From: Eledone cirrhosa
Taxonomy: Eukaryota
Assembly: GCA_964016885.1 (NCBI GenBank)
Contig: OZ024740.1
Location: 263,376,001 to 263,440,000, forward strand
Length of the DNA: 64,000 bases
Direction: 5' to 3'
In this document: positions 15,365 through 28,604 of the stretch, one piece after another
Position numbering within the stretch: position 1 is the stretch's first letter
Layout: the number at the start of each line of letters is the position of its first letter
Notes under the pieces: model-generated
What the model was told of the DNA's origin: nothing
Database searches by the model: none
The model's input: the letters and a program-made list of their open reading frames with translations, nothing else
Made by a program: the position numbers and the translations under genes

Positions 15365-18300
15365 ATGACCTCACTCAGAATAGGCAGCATAAATACGCGT
15401 GGCTTGGGTTCGTCATGGAAGCAGGGCCACCTGCTCAACGACCTCAGGTCACTAAACATAGATGTAGTGGCTATCAGTGAGACCAGAATCTCCGTAGCAC
15501 TGGCCTTCGCACCGATCTTCGGCGGCTACGATGTGTACGCATCTCCCAGCCGTCCGGGATCGGGGGGAGGAGTTGCTGTGCTTTTTCGGAGATGTTTCGA
15601 TCTCGCCATACGGGCCATCTTCCTTGACCCAGAAGGTAAGTTGGTGGTGCTAGACGTGACCAGCGGCGACGGGCAAGCTTTCAGGCTAGTTAGTGCCCGC
15701 TATGCCCCGACAGGGGCAGGGCAGCCTGACTTCTTCCGGCGTCTGGAGAACTTTCTTGGAACGTCCCGCTCTTTAGTGTTAGTGGGCGACAGGAACGGGA
15801 TATTAGATGCACGCTGGGACTGTGTGGGATTGTGGATAGGGGAGGAGGTGCAAGAGCCTAACCAGCCTGCTCAGGCGTTTTGAACTGTCTGACAGGTACC
15901 GATTGGATTTCCGGAATGTGCCAATGTGGACTTGGACAAATCGCATAGGGTCATCCAGATCATATCTAGATAGAGTATTTTGTAGGGAAATAGATAGGTC
16001 TAGCATAGGCTGTCCACAATTCAAGATAGTCAGCTACACGGACCACAAATTCGTGATCTGTGTGCTTGACTTAGATAGGCTTCATAGAAGAGGACCCGGC
16101 TACTGGAAGATAAACGCGTCCTTACCAGCGCGCAAGGTCTACAGAGACCGGATTAGCGAACTAGTTAAGCGGGCGTTGACGGGGGCCATCGTCAACAACA
16201 AGTGGTGGTTTGCTCTGAGAAGAGCAATTAGAATAGAGTCCATTAGGTTTAGTAAGGCTTTAGCAAAAGAGAAAAATAGAGCAGAGGGAGAATTATTTAG
16301 AAAATTAGACGAAGCGCTTAGCAAAGGCATCACGACCGACGTACTTGCGGCGAAATTTGCCCATGACCAATTCTTCAATGCAAAGCACGAAGGCTGCGTT
16401 GTCAGAGCTAGTGTGCGTGCTCTCAGACACGAGGGGACGAAAGTCGTTCAATGGGCCCGAGTGGCGGAGGCGCGTGTGGCAACAAAGTCACTATCCGGTC
16501 TTTGGTGGACTACGACGGGCGCATGCTACTCGACCCCGGTTAAAAATGTGAAGCTTTTCAGCGACACTTCGCTCAGCTGTTCGGGGACAGCGGCGGGCCG
16601 GATCGAGGGATGGACTTTAGTGTCTACCTCGACGGACTGCCGCGGCTCTCGGCCACTGTGGCGGAGTGTTGCGAAAAGCCGCTAACAGCCGCTGAAGTAC
16701 GGGAGGCAATGACTGGCTGCACAAGAGTAAATCGCCTGGTTTGGATGGTCTGCCTTATGAACTTTGCGTACAGATGCCAGACTTGTTCGGAGGCCTCTTG
16801 GCGGACGTCTACTGCAACTGGCAATAGAATGGGAGAATTTCCAGCTCTGTAAGCCGAGGAGCTGTGGCGCTGCTGAGAAAGGATCCGAACAAGGGGGATA
16901 ACATAGATAATTTCAGACCCATAACTCTGCTAAATACAGAGTTCAAGATTTTGGCCAAGGTGCTAGGAAAGAGGATAGCGCTTGTCGTTGCTTGACTGGT
17001 GGGAGAGGCGCAGACATGCGCCATTCCCGACATATCCATCCACGACAACCTCCACCTCATGCGATACATCGTAGAGAGGATAGCTAGGGAACCTGGCACG
17101 GGTGGGTCCTTGATCAATTTAGATCAGTCAAAAGCTTTCGATAGGGTTGACCATCGTTACCTAGCGGCAGTCCTGAGGGCGGCTGGCTTTGGGTCCGTCT
17201 TCAGAGGCTGGATCGTTGCCATGCTCAGCGACATCTGCTCTGTGGTGAGAGTGAGCGCTCAGCTTTCGGAACCGTTCAACATCATGCGCTCGGTCCGCCA
17301 AGGATGTCCCCTCTCGTACCTCTTGTACGTATTGACTCTCGAGCCATTACTGCACAAACAGGAGAAGTTGAGGGGGTCCCGCGCGAACTTGGATGCGGAA
17401 GATCCGTGTCAGCATATGCGGACGATGTCACCGTAGTGGTGTCGAACGCCAAACACATCGAGGCGATCGGCACTATACTAAGAGAATACGAAGAGGTGAC
17501 AGGAGCAAAGATCAACCAGGAAAAGTCAGTGGGCCTGCGGCTCGGCACCTGGAGAGGCGGGTCCATGCCGGCCAACTGCGTCGTCGGGCGCTGGACGGAC
17601 TAACCGGTTAAATTGCTCGCGGTCTGGTTCGATCCGGACCTCCAGACGGACAAAAACTGGGACGCGCTCCAATGGTCAGGCAGTCCATCTGCTGTCAACA
17701 CCCGCAACGTGGAGGGCTGGGAATGCCGTGGCTGATGATGCGCAGACACGCGCTCAGGATACGACATCTCCACCTCTTCCTCGATGGTGATCAGGTGTGG
17801 TCTACGTTTGCTAGACGCGTCTTTCCCCAGCTCGTCTCCTTGACGGAGCTGCAGTCCTGGGTCAAGCGAAGACCGATATGGAGCGCTTGGAGACTGGACT
17901 GTCTTCAGGTGCTCACAGCCCTCGACCAATCGGGCAATGTGATCGGTGGAAACTCCATCTTGGCATTCTATAGAGGATTAGTGGAGGGAAAGAGCCACGA
18001 CGTACTTGGGGAAGCTCTAGGCGTCGACGAAAATCAACTAGCCAATCTCTTCGGAAGGACTTTCCGGCCGGGGTCTATGGACAACTTCCAGAAATCCCTC
18101 GCCTGGCAGTGCTACCGAGGAGCTTTGCCAGTTCTGGGTAAACTCTACAGGCATGGAGGAGCCGTCAGCCGGGCATGTCCGAGATGCGCGCAGGGCGACG
18201 AAACCGTCCTGCACGGACTCGTTCAGTGTCCGAGCATTGCTGACTTGTGGGTTTATGTCGAACAACTGGTGTCGCGTGTAGGACGGATCCAGCTATCAGC

Positions 18301-18592
18301 TGAGTCAATCGTGAGGATTGTCCCACCCTCTTCCTTTAGCCGGGAAGCGAAGGCAGTTTTTATCTGTCCGGTGGCCATGGCGAAAGAGATAGGATGTTGG
18401 ACACGTTTGAAAGGGGTGAAGACGAGCACTTACCTGTTCGGTGATGCCCTGATTAACTTTTTCAAATTTCATTTGAAAAGGAAAATCAGGGTAGAGAGGG
18501 AAGTGCTCTCTTCCCAGCATTTTGTTGAAAGATAGGTGAGAGTGTCAAGAATGGCCCGAGTGAATGGGCCTACTCTGAGTATGTGTCTGTAA
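15365..18592 (+). pseudogene. Tx1 ORF2 (APE endonuclease, reverse transcriptase, zinc motif), disrupted
   Basis: 'SINTRGL...ISETR', 'SYLDRVF...YTDHK', 'GPGYWKIN', 'FRPITLLN', 'LDQSKAFDRVDH', 'SVRQGCPLS', 'AYADDVT' and 'CPRC...ETVLHGLVQC'. Confidence 0.92.
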
Positions 18593-18839
18593 ATTAAAGT
18601 TTGAAAACTGGGCGGGGGCAATTGCCCTGGTGGTCAGGGTCACTGTGGCTTTTTAATGGGCTTTCTCCACGAATCTCCCTCGGAAGTCTCCCCCTATTGG
18701 GGATTATTTCATTGTTCTATTATGACATCCTCTGTTTCTTGTTTTTTACACGCAAAGATGCCTAATTGTACCGTCCAGTATTGTCCTGTACTGTCCTTAA
18801 TGTCTACTTTATGTAAACCCTTGTGGTTAATAAAGAAAG

Positions 18840-18892
<53 letters not shown>

Positions 18893-19094
18893 TATATAAA
18901 GTATATGCATATATATATACACAGTTAAAGAGTAACCAATCTTAAAGAGAGAGATGGAGATAGTAGATGAGAGATTGGTGAATTAGTTAGAAGCCGAAGC
19001 GTAAAGGCATGTGCTCAATGTGCAATATGCAGTGGAAGGCAGCTAGGTGGCTGGGCTCATGCAGCGGTTATGTGCACAGAGCTGGAAATATTCG

Positions 19095-19942
19095 TTAGTT
19101 AAGCAAAACAAGACCACAGATTTCACATGGAAGACATTATTAAAAGATTGTCAACATATTTAGTTTGATGTAAGGAATGTAGAGAATAATAATAATAATA
19201 TTAATAATAATAATGTCCGTTTACAATTGTTTCGCTACTCCATATAATATATCTGGATCAAATGATTATATATCATTATTGATCTGATTCAGTTGAAAAT
19301 AATCAATATATGTAGAAATAGAGCAGCTCATATGAACTTCAAAAGGAATATAAATTAAAATAAGGAAAGAATGTTACATAAATGTAATGTTCCATATATT
19401 GGTATTTCACTATGGTATCCTGGGTATATCTATTGACTGCCATAGTGGAGCAGTATTCTTCTGTCGAGGCTGCATTGTGTGAGATCTGCCTATGGGTATC
19501 AAGATGGCCGCCAATGGACATATTTACCTTACTAATTAGAGGGTGGTTTCAGGGGAAGTAACTCCTCGGGAGATTAGAAATTGTGGGTAGTTTATAGTTA
19601 GGTGCTAATTTTTTTTTTTAATTGAGAGACAATGTAAGGGAGGTAACTTATAATTATCTAAGTTAGTTATAGCTATTTAACTTATTAGCTACAAGTAAAA
19701 ATGGGGCTAGATGATTATGTTGGGTCAAATATTCTGTTGGCGAAGGAACTAGCCCTTCAATGTTGACAGCTATTAGTTACCTCCGTTCTATCGTTATTCG
19801 GTAGAGGTCGTGATAAAGTTATGTAATTATGCTTCGGTAAGACAGAGTTCACAAATTTTCTTCGTCCATTGAACGGTTGGGCCCTAGCCAAGACATCCCA
19901 TGTTAGTGTGTGTTCAATTTTGGTTAATTTAAGGTTTTTAAT
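19095..19942 (-). repeat. Inverted copy of the 3' end (pseudo-LTR) of the Penelope element at 21.2-23.9 kb
   Basis: Reverse complement of ~22720-23862 without two SINE insertions. The near-identical 'MSIGGHL.THRQISHNAAS' ORFs at 19339-19521(-) and 23144-23326(+) confirm the match. Confidence 0.93.
19219..19337 (-). ncRNA. Type I hammerhead ribozyme remnant with extended stem II
   Basis: gtt-CATATGA-GCTGCTCTAT...ATGGAGTAGC-GAAA-CAATTG-TA-aac. The core is mutated, the 10-bp stem II is intact, and stem III is palindromic CAATTG. Confidence 0.7.
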
Positions 19943-19959
19943 TCCTGTTCATCTGTTGG

Positions 19960-20420
19960 TAATTGATGAATGCCATGATTGTGTTCCTTTGATTAATTAA
20001 GTTTTGAGTCTGTAGATTACTCAAGAGTCTGATTCTGGGATGGAAATAAGAACCACTTGTGGTCTGATGCTTCATTTGAAGTGCTGGCTGATTGGGATTT
20101 GTGAAGCTCATATTTCGTTTCTGCTACCTGGATATGTTCTCATAAAAGGATTTTGTGTTTTTATAGATGAGGGTGCCCCATAAGGGTTTGTTCTGAACAA
20201 GTTGTTTCCAGGATTCTATGTCAATATTCCTGACTTTTAAGCTATCCTTCTCTCACTTTTTTTGTATGTCAGCTGTTCTTTTCTCTGTAGCAAGCTCACC
20301 AGAGAGGAGTTGTTTAGTATGTTCATATTGTTGAAATATTAAATAGGTTTACTCTACTATTGAATTCAGATATGTTGTAGCTGAGTAGCTCTATTCAGCT
20401 CTATTTGAATAGAACTAAGG
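19960..20420 (-). mobile_element. RTE-clade LINE 3' fragment, degenerate
   Basis: The minus strand reads 'KQLLSGELATEKR...' and 'DSLKVRNIDIESWKQLVQNKPLW', resembling the RTE C-terminus (LLYGEL..G.R / W..LA.DR..W). Confidence 0.6.
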
Positions 20421-20932
20421 TGACTCATGGGTATAGCTTTTATTACGTAAGATCTCTGCATTTTGGGGCACCTTTTTAGAGGTTGGCAGGTCTAGCTTTA
20501 TTTTACCGACCCCGTAATGATGAAAGGTTAACTTTGCTCTTCATCCTTTTGAGGTCGATAAGATAAAGCACGAGTAATGAACTAGAGTCGATTTAATCAA
20601 CTTAGCCCTCCTCAAAAATTGTTGGATTTTTGCCTAAATCAGAAACCACTATTTAGTGGACGTGCATATGGGTTTCCATTAGGGCGCTATATACTATGAT
20701 ATTCCATATTACATTGATCATAAAATCTTCCATGCTTTTAATTTCTCAACATTGTTCTATTTAAGACACTGTTGTAGTTTTCTCCTTCCATGTGCTAACT
20801 CGTAACTCTAATACCGTATGTCACTATTCTCAAATAACTTAAGATAATAATTAATTTAAGATATTCCATTCCTTCTTTGTTTTACTTTTTAGTTTTTGTT
20901 TCCCTATTATTTTCTAAATCTTAATTCGTCTA

Positions 20933-21098
20933 CAGACCTGCCAACCTTTAAAAACCCAAACGGGGAGAACCATGAAAAAAAGTGCCCCAAAACGGGGAGA
21001 TTTTACATAATGATCAATTTTCACAAGATAAGACATCTCTCACCCACCCCAAAGGGGTGGGAGATCTCCGTGTCGGACAAGGTGAGTTGACAGGTATG
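20933..21098. mobile_element. Possible MITE with ~13-bp imperfect TIRs
   Basis: CAGACCTGCCAAC ... GTTGACAGGTATG, with subterminal AAACGGGGAGA repeats. No clean TSD. Confidence 0.5.
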
Positions 21099-21198
21099 CA
21101 TCTAGCCACTTATAATGAAACACTTATAATAAAACTGTCTGCTTTCCAAGTTATTCAACCTAATTATATGGTTACTGTCTAGTTTCTCAATGTAATCC

Positions 21199-21948
21199 AT
21201 GCTATGGTTCTCCGATCTAAGGTCCAATGTATCTATGAGGTTCATCCAATTTGACATTGACAGCTATTACGCTTCAATAACCCCGGAACTGCTCAGCAAA
21301 GCATTAACCCTAGCCAGCACCAACTCTGACATAACCAATAATGAGATTGACATCATACTTATGGGGAGGCAGACCATCATTGAATTCAACGGAGCACTCT
21401 GGACTAGAAAAGACAGAACAGACAACTTTGACATCATGATGGGCTCAAGTGACTCTGCGAAAATCACCGATTTAGTTGAAATTTACCTATTACATAACAT
21501 CAGAGCCGAAATCCAAACCTTGCAAGGCGGAATATATAGGGACGACGCCCTATTTGCAGTCCACAATTGCACTAATCGAAGCATTGACTTGCTCAAAAAA
21601 CATTTACACAGAGTCTTTAAAAATAACGGTCTCTCTATCACCATTGAGCCGAACCATAAAGTAGTAAACTTCCTAGACGTTACCCTGGATCTTAACAATA
21701 ACCTATATTACCCTTACCATAAGCCAGGTGAAATACTTACATATATTAGCTCACACTCTAACCATCCACCGGTAGTCATCAGAGCAGTAATCAAATCTAT
21801 CTCATATAAGATCTCCATGCTATCAGCAAATGAGGAGATATTTATACACTATGCAGCATATTATAATAAAGCTCTTTCTGAATCTGGTTATGAACAGTCC
21901 ATTTACTACATACCTAAATGCCATAACAGTAATTCACCACAAACGTAA
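21199..21948 (+). pseudogene. Penelope reverse transcriptase fragment
   Basis: 249-aa ORF containing the YRDD catalytic motif and the FLDV and SNHP motifs. Confidence 0.9.
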
Positions 21949-23327
21949 TAAACTTAACACTAGAACTAGAAATACCTTAGCATATAGCCAGATTCGCCGG
22001 AATTTTAGCAGTAACAGCACTTATACAGGGAACCTTAAAGGTGGCAGTGCCTGCTTCCCACTCCAAGTAGCAAATTAAAAATCAACCCTAGAATAGGAAT
22101 GAGCAATGTGATGACAAATAACAAACGCCCAGGTAATAATAACCTTATGGAGGCCCCTACCAACTCCACTAGAACCCCTAGAATAAATAGGCCTAGAAAT
22201 TTCACCTGGCTTAACCCACCATTCTCATCTAATCTAGTCACGCCTCTTCTCTATCCTATCTACCCCCCCCCCCAACCATAGACATTACAAACTCTTTAAT
22301 AAAAAATATCATTAAAATCTCATTCTCCACAACAGCTAACCTAGCTAGCCACATCGCATTCAGTAACCATCATAAACTAAGACAGTATAACTCCCACACA
22401 GCGGTACCCCCCCCCCCATCAAATACACCACGCCACTACACGAATACTTACGCTAGTAGCACACCTTCCCCACCTAATCCTTCTAGCACTGACCAACCGC
22501 TTAGGTTAAACAACCCTACTCTCACTAACCGCAGAAGTAACTGCAACTGCCGTTACCCTAATGCATGCCCACTAAATGGACATTGCCTGACACCCAAATA
22601 GTCTATAGAGCAGCTCATATATCGGGTCTACCTCTAACCCTTTTAAGGCACGCTATAACGCGCACTCTTTTTCCTTCCGAGACACTAACAACAGATGTTC
22701 GACATCTCTAGCTAGGCTCATTAAAAACCTTAAATTAACCAACATTGAACACTCACTAACATGGCATATCTTGGCTTGGGCCCAACCGTTCAATGGACGA
22801 AGAAAATCTTGTGAACTCTGTCTTAACGAAGCATATTACATAACTCTATCACGACCTCTACCGATTAATGATAGAACGGAGGTAACTGTTAGCTGTGAAC
22901 ACCGAAGGGCTAATTCCTTCACCAACAGAATATTTGACCCAACATAATCATCTAGCCCCATTTTTACTTGTAGCTAATAAGTTAAATAGCTATAACTAAC
23001 TTAGATAATTATAAGTTACCTCCCTTATATTGTCTCTCAATTAAAAAATTAAAAAATTAGAACTTAACTATAAACTACCCACAATTTCTAATCTCTCGAG
23101 GAGTTACTTCCCCTGAAACCACCCTCTAATTAGTAAGGTAAATATGTCCATTGGCGGCCATCTTGTTACCCATAGGCAGATCTCACACAATGCAGCCTCG
23201 ACAGAAGAATACTGCTCCACTATGGCAGACAATAGATATACCCAGGACACCATAGTGAAATACCAACTTATGGAACATTACATTTATGTAACATTCTTTC
23301 CTTATTTTAATTTATATTCCTCTTGAA

Positions 23328-23626
23328 GTTCCGATGAGCTGCTCTATTTCTACCTATGTTAATTATTTTCAACTGAACCAGATCAATAATTGTTTCTACT
23401 TTTGGCACAAGGCCAGCAATTACCCAGTGTATTACTGGTACTTTATTTTATCGACCCTGTAAGGATGAAAGGCAAAGTTAACCTCGGCGGGATTTGAACT
23501 CAGAATGGCAAGGGCCGTAACTCTATGCGTCAAAGCATGGCGTCCGACCCTCTACCGATACTGCCAATCCACCGCCTAATTATTTGATCCAGAAATATTA
23601 TATGGAGTAGCGTAACAATTGTAAAC
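23328..23626 (+). ncRNA. Type I hammerhead remnant interrupted by a SINE in loop 2
   Basis: gtt-CCGATGA-GCTGCTCTAT...[SINE]...ATGGAGTAGC-GTAA-CAATTG-TA-aac. Confidence 0.65.
23385..23577 (-). mobile_element. tRNA-derived SINE (family A), young full-length copy
   Basis: Near-identical reverse complement of 39297-39490. It is absent from the inverted pLTR copy at 19.2-19.3 kb. Confidence 0.9.
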
Positions 23627-23640
23627 GGAGATTATTATTA

Positions 23641-23760
23641 TCCCGCCGAGGTTAACTTTGCCTTTCATTCTTACGGAGTCGATAAAATAAAGTACCAGTA
23701 TATATACTGGGTAATTGGTGACCTTGTGCCTAAAAATAGAAACAATTATTATTAATATTA
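23641..23760 (+). mobile_element. 5'-truncated SINE (family A)
   Basis: TCCCGCCGAGGTTAACTTTGCCTTTC...AGAAACAATTATT. It is absent from the inverted copy. Confidence 0.85.
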
Positions 23761-25538
23761 TTATTATTATTCTCTACATTCCTTACATCAAACTAAAATA
23801 TGTGGACGATCTTTTAATAATGTCTTCCTTGTGAAATATGTGGTCTTGTTTTACTTAACTAAGGTATACATACATATATATATATATGCGATGGCGGATA
23901 ACCCTTAATATTTCTGTAAGCCTATGCGATCAAAGGTGTGCTTGTGTCCGTATGGGAGTGTTTCTGTTAGAGCATAGCTACGTAGACAATGTCAATAGCA
24001 ATATCCGAAATTGCAAGCCTTGTTAACAACAACGACGAATATATCAACAATGCAAAGAACCTCTATGTGCCTTTCTTTTTGCTTTATTTTATTTCATAGA
24101 ATCAGTTACAGGAAAGCACCTCATATGAAATAATCATCAAAATGACACCATAGTAAACCTCAAAACAATACAGAAGTGATGGATTTTTCACTTATTACAA
24201 TTTCGAATGAAATTATAAGACATATTTCTCGACTGCTGAAATGTTTTATTTCTGCAAATATGTCTCTGAATTCCTTAAAGATTCAGTAACTTTATGCAAA
24301 TGTTTTCTAATAGTTTAAAGAATTTGATACGACACACTCATAACAGTGAGACATGCAACAGTGTTGTTAAAGTCTTAAATGTGGTAGTGGCAATCATTGA
24401 AGCTAATCAAGTAATTAGGAATTATTAAACAGAATCATCAAGCAGTGATTGACGAGAGGAATGCACCAGAGCGCTTTAACATTAATTTCAATACACCTGC
24501 AATAAGCACTAAAAGATAACGAAACGCTAGCACAGTGATTAACTATACCACGTTGCATTAGTTTCTTACTGACTTACGGAGTCGGGTGTTAAGAGCTGAC
24601 AGACTTTCGAACTCGGCTCCTTGGAGCTGAGTAAATGAATTTCTACAACGACATAATTCTCGAGTGTTGTCGTTATGCAAGCTACCGACATCTACGCTAG
24701 TTGCCTCGTACAACAATAACACAGCCATTTGTCGTTCATGCTACACAAATAAATTTATAAAGACTTTCGATGTTTCGCCTGACACAAGTCATAAATTTAT
24801 CAATTCAAAAGACAAAATGATTATTTTGAATTAAGTTATATTGTGGATTTTGTGGAAATTAGCGTCGTAATTCATAGGTTTCCTACGACTTAATCACCAG
24901 TTTACTGTATTTCCGATGACTAAGCAATCAAAGTAATGGGCTCTAAAACTCTGGCGCAATAAATACCACTATGTATGTCTCAAATCATTAATTTCTTGAT
25001 TTTTCTGCGTTCATGTGTAGATCATTCACTGATACGCACTCCCGTATGATGGCAAAATCGCTTATTCTCATTTATAAAGATACCCTTTTCTTTTATTAGT
25101 CTCACATGCATATGAGACTGATAGAATAAAGAGGGTATCCTTATAAGCGAGATTAAGCCGTTTGCCATTATGCAATCCATTATATTAAAGTTGGTTGTTT
25201 TGTTGTATAAAACGTATATCACGCTGGAAGGTGATAGTAAGCGTGTAGATGGATTTGTGAGTGTGGGTTAGAGAGATAATGAGAGGGATAGGGTGAGGTG
25301 GTTAGTAACGATAGCAGGTATTTATTGAAGTATAGGTATTATAAATAAATATTGAAGTATAGGTATTATAAATAAAGATAAAGAGAGGGAGAGAAGGGGC
25401 GAGAAATATAGATTGAGAGAGGGTGATAGTTAAAGCGAAAGAGAAAGACAATGGGGAAGGCAGTGCCTGCAGTAACAGCGACGCCGAACTCTAGATCTCT
25501 AACAAATATGGAGTTAGGGTAGTATGTGTGTGTGTGAG

Positions 25539-25577
<39 letters not shown>

Positions 25578-26589
25578 ATGCGCGCGTGTGTGTGTGTGTG
25601 TGTGTGAGTGAGTGTGTGACTAATATCATCTGTAAGATTTTTAAATTATCAGAATGAATATGACACCAAACTGAATTCTTTGTTCTTATTGTAAATAAGA
25701 TAAACATAGCTAGTATTAATTAAATACCAGTAATGCACAGAGTTCTATTGTATCTACTTTACAGTTTATCGTACAAAAGGTAACCTCGTGCCTTTTCAGA
25801 CATCGTTTTCCTTCCAATTTCGTTATTTCAATTTGCACTACGCTTGACACCGATCTTTCTCAATTGTTCAAACGTGAAGAGAATATATTTGACAATTAAT
25901 CTCGCCTTAAGCAGAAAATGTCAACGAGTTTGGCAGCGCCATTAAAAATACCTTGAAGATATTTTCGGCATTTGAGATATATAATTCATTCACCTCTCAC
26001 TTACTATCATACTTTCTGTTTCTCACTTTCACTTGGCATCTCTGCCTTTCATTTATTTCGCCTTTCTCTCCATACTGTCGCTCACACTATATCATTCTCA
26101 CATCCTTCTTCCTTTCTCTATGTTGCTGTCATTTTTCTCTTTCTCTCTCAAAACGGAAACCTGCTTCAGAAGTGCCAACTGCGTTTCTTAATTTCACTAA
26201 TCAAAAATAACACACACACACGCACATACCCCCCCCCCACACACACACATACACATACACATACGCACACACATGCACTGGCGCACACACACACAAAGAA
26301 AAACTCAGACACAAACACACACACAAGCGTGATCAGGGTTATACCATTCAGACGCTATCAAGCTAAGCCAGATAATCTTATACACACGTGCATGCATACA
26401 CACAAATCGATATGTATATATGCGTATATAATATTCGAATTTTTTTAACTTTTCTTTCTATTAAATTTATGTGGCCGTCTATTGGGTGGATACTATAATT
26501 CTATGTGATGAAATTTGCAATAAAATTCAAATTACAGAAATTATTGGCAGCCCAAAGTTATGAAAATATAATAACGATTTATACTATAG

Positions 26590-27205
26590 GGGAGAGGGGA
26601 ATGTTGATTAAATAAATCGACTCCAGGGTATTACTGGTGTTTCATTTTAACGATCCTTTAAGGATAAAGAACAAAGCTAACCTCGTTGGGATGTGAACTC
26701 AGAACATTAAGGGACATAACTATATGCTGCAAAACCTGGTGTCTGACGCTCTATATGTACTGACTATCCACCGTGTAGTGAATCTGAAAACATAATTGTT
26801 TCTAATTTTGGCACAACGGCAGCAAATACCCAGTGCATTACTGGTACTTTATTTTATCGACCCCGTAAGGATGAAAGGCAAAGCTAACCTCGGTGGGATT
26901 TGAACTCAAAACGCAAAGGACCATAACTCTATGTTGCAAAGCATGTTGTACGATGCACTGCCGATTTTGCATGAGTACAGTAATAGTACCGATGTTTATA
27001 CGCTACGAAACAACCTAACAAAGCCCACAAATAAGGTTGCGTGGCTCTTAAATCTACTTCTGCTTGCGTAAATCTAATATATAATTGTTTCTACATTTTG
27101 GCACAAGGCCAGCAATTACCCCAGCGCATTACTGGTGATTTATTTTATCGATCCCGGAAGGGTGAAAGGCAAATTTAACCTCGGCGGGATTTGAAATCAG
27201 ATATA
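26590..27205 (-). mobile_element. Cluster of three SINE (family A) copies or fragments
   Basis: Repeated TTATCGACCCCGTAAGGATGAAAGGC..CCTCGGYGGGATTTGAACTC at ~26650, ~26860 and ~27150. Confidence 0.8.
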
Positions 27206-27534
27206 ATACGCTTGTTTATTTGTCCGTCACAAGAGATGGCTGAGGAAGTAAGGAGTGATGACAAACTGAGAAAGGAAGGGGTGGTAACATCGACTGAAAA
27301 AGGAAGGTGTGATAAGATCGACTTAGGAAGCACGGGGTGGCAGCGTCCAATATTTGCTACATCTGTGTGTGACTATATGTCTAGCAAATTGGCTACACCC
27401 ATTGGCTGTTAGGATTATGTGAGTGTTTGTGTGTGTGTATATGTGTTTGTGTAAATTATATTCATATATATTTGTGAGTGTATGTTTATTTAGAAAGATA
27501 CATAAAGAATAGAATTACAAACACACACGATTCT

Positions 27535-27676
<142 letters not shown>

Positions 27677-28116
27677 AAATATACATAGAAATAATGATTA
27701 TTATATACACACACACCTATGTGATGAATGAGGGAGGATGGGGGATAAGAAACTATAGAAGTCCAGCGTTTCTAAGATTCGTCACGGCTGTGTGTGTGTG
27801 CGGTTCGGCTACATACATTGACTGTGTGTTTGTATGTTTGTATTACCCGTGTGACGGAGCGCGGAGGAACCAGCCAAACAATAAACAAACAAACACCTCT
27901 TTTTTTTTAAATATTATGTATACATATTACAATTAGCCGTCATTTCCGGCGACACGGGACCAGCTGGTCACAACATAATAGTGACGAAAATTTCCTCGTC
28001 GTAACATTTAGGGTATTTTCAGTCATTAATGGTGATTTATTGTATGCAATGAACTAGTGTCGACTTTTACATGAATATGTACAGCATATTTATATGTTTA
28101 TACGTGCGTACACACG

Positions 28117-28192
<76 letters not shown>

Positions 28193-28260
28193 AGGGTTTA
28201 TCTAGTATTAGGTTAGTAATACCATTATTCAATGGAGTACTCTATACTCTCTCTCTATAT

Positions 28261-28526
<266 letters not shown>

Positions 28527-28556
28527 AGAATCAAAGCTATGTTCAACGCATTTACT

Positions 28557-28604
28557 CACTTACAATTGTTTCATCCAAACCTAGACTTAGATGTCTTCGG
28601 AGCA
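28557..28604 (-). ncRNA. Type I hammerhead motif (CCGAAGA core variant)
   Basis: tgct-CCGAAGA-cATCTAAGT ctag GTTTGGAT-GAAA-CAATTG-TA-agtg. Confidence 0.7.

Larger units (their letters stand above)
13611..18840 (+). mobile_element. Tx1/L1-clade non-LTR retrotransposon (ORF1 plus APE-RT ORF2), near full length, decayed
   Basis: ORF1 has a CCHC knuckle. ORF2 has APE, RT and a C-terminal zinc motif. AATAAA lies near the 3' end. The element is flanked on both sides by (ATT)n. Confidence 0.92.
21190..23862 (+). mobile_element. Penelope-like element, 5'-truncated (RT, GIY-YIG, 3' pLTR with HHR)
   Basis: RT 'FIQFDIDSYYASI...FDIMMGS...GIYRDDAL...VNFLDVTLDL...SNHP', linker 'WLNPPFS', 'CNCR...CPLNGHCL' and 'YIGSTSNPFKARY...CELCLNE'. 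Confidence 0.93.

Noticed and set aside
19339-23326. Duplicated 60-aa ORF 'MSIGGHL...' as a small gene pair
   Set aside because: It is a by-product of the inverted pLTR duplication in the PLE 3' UTR, with no independent coding evidence.
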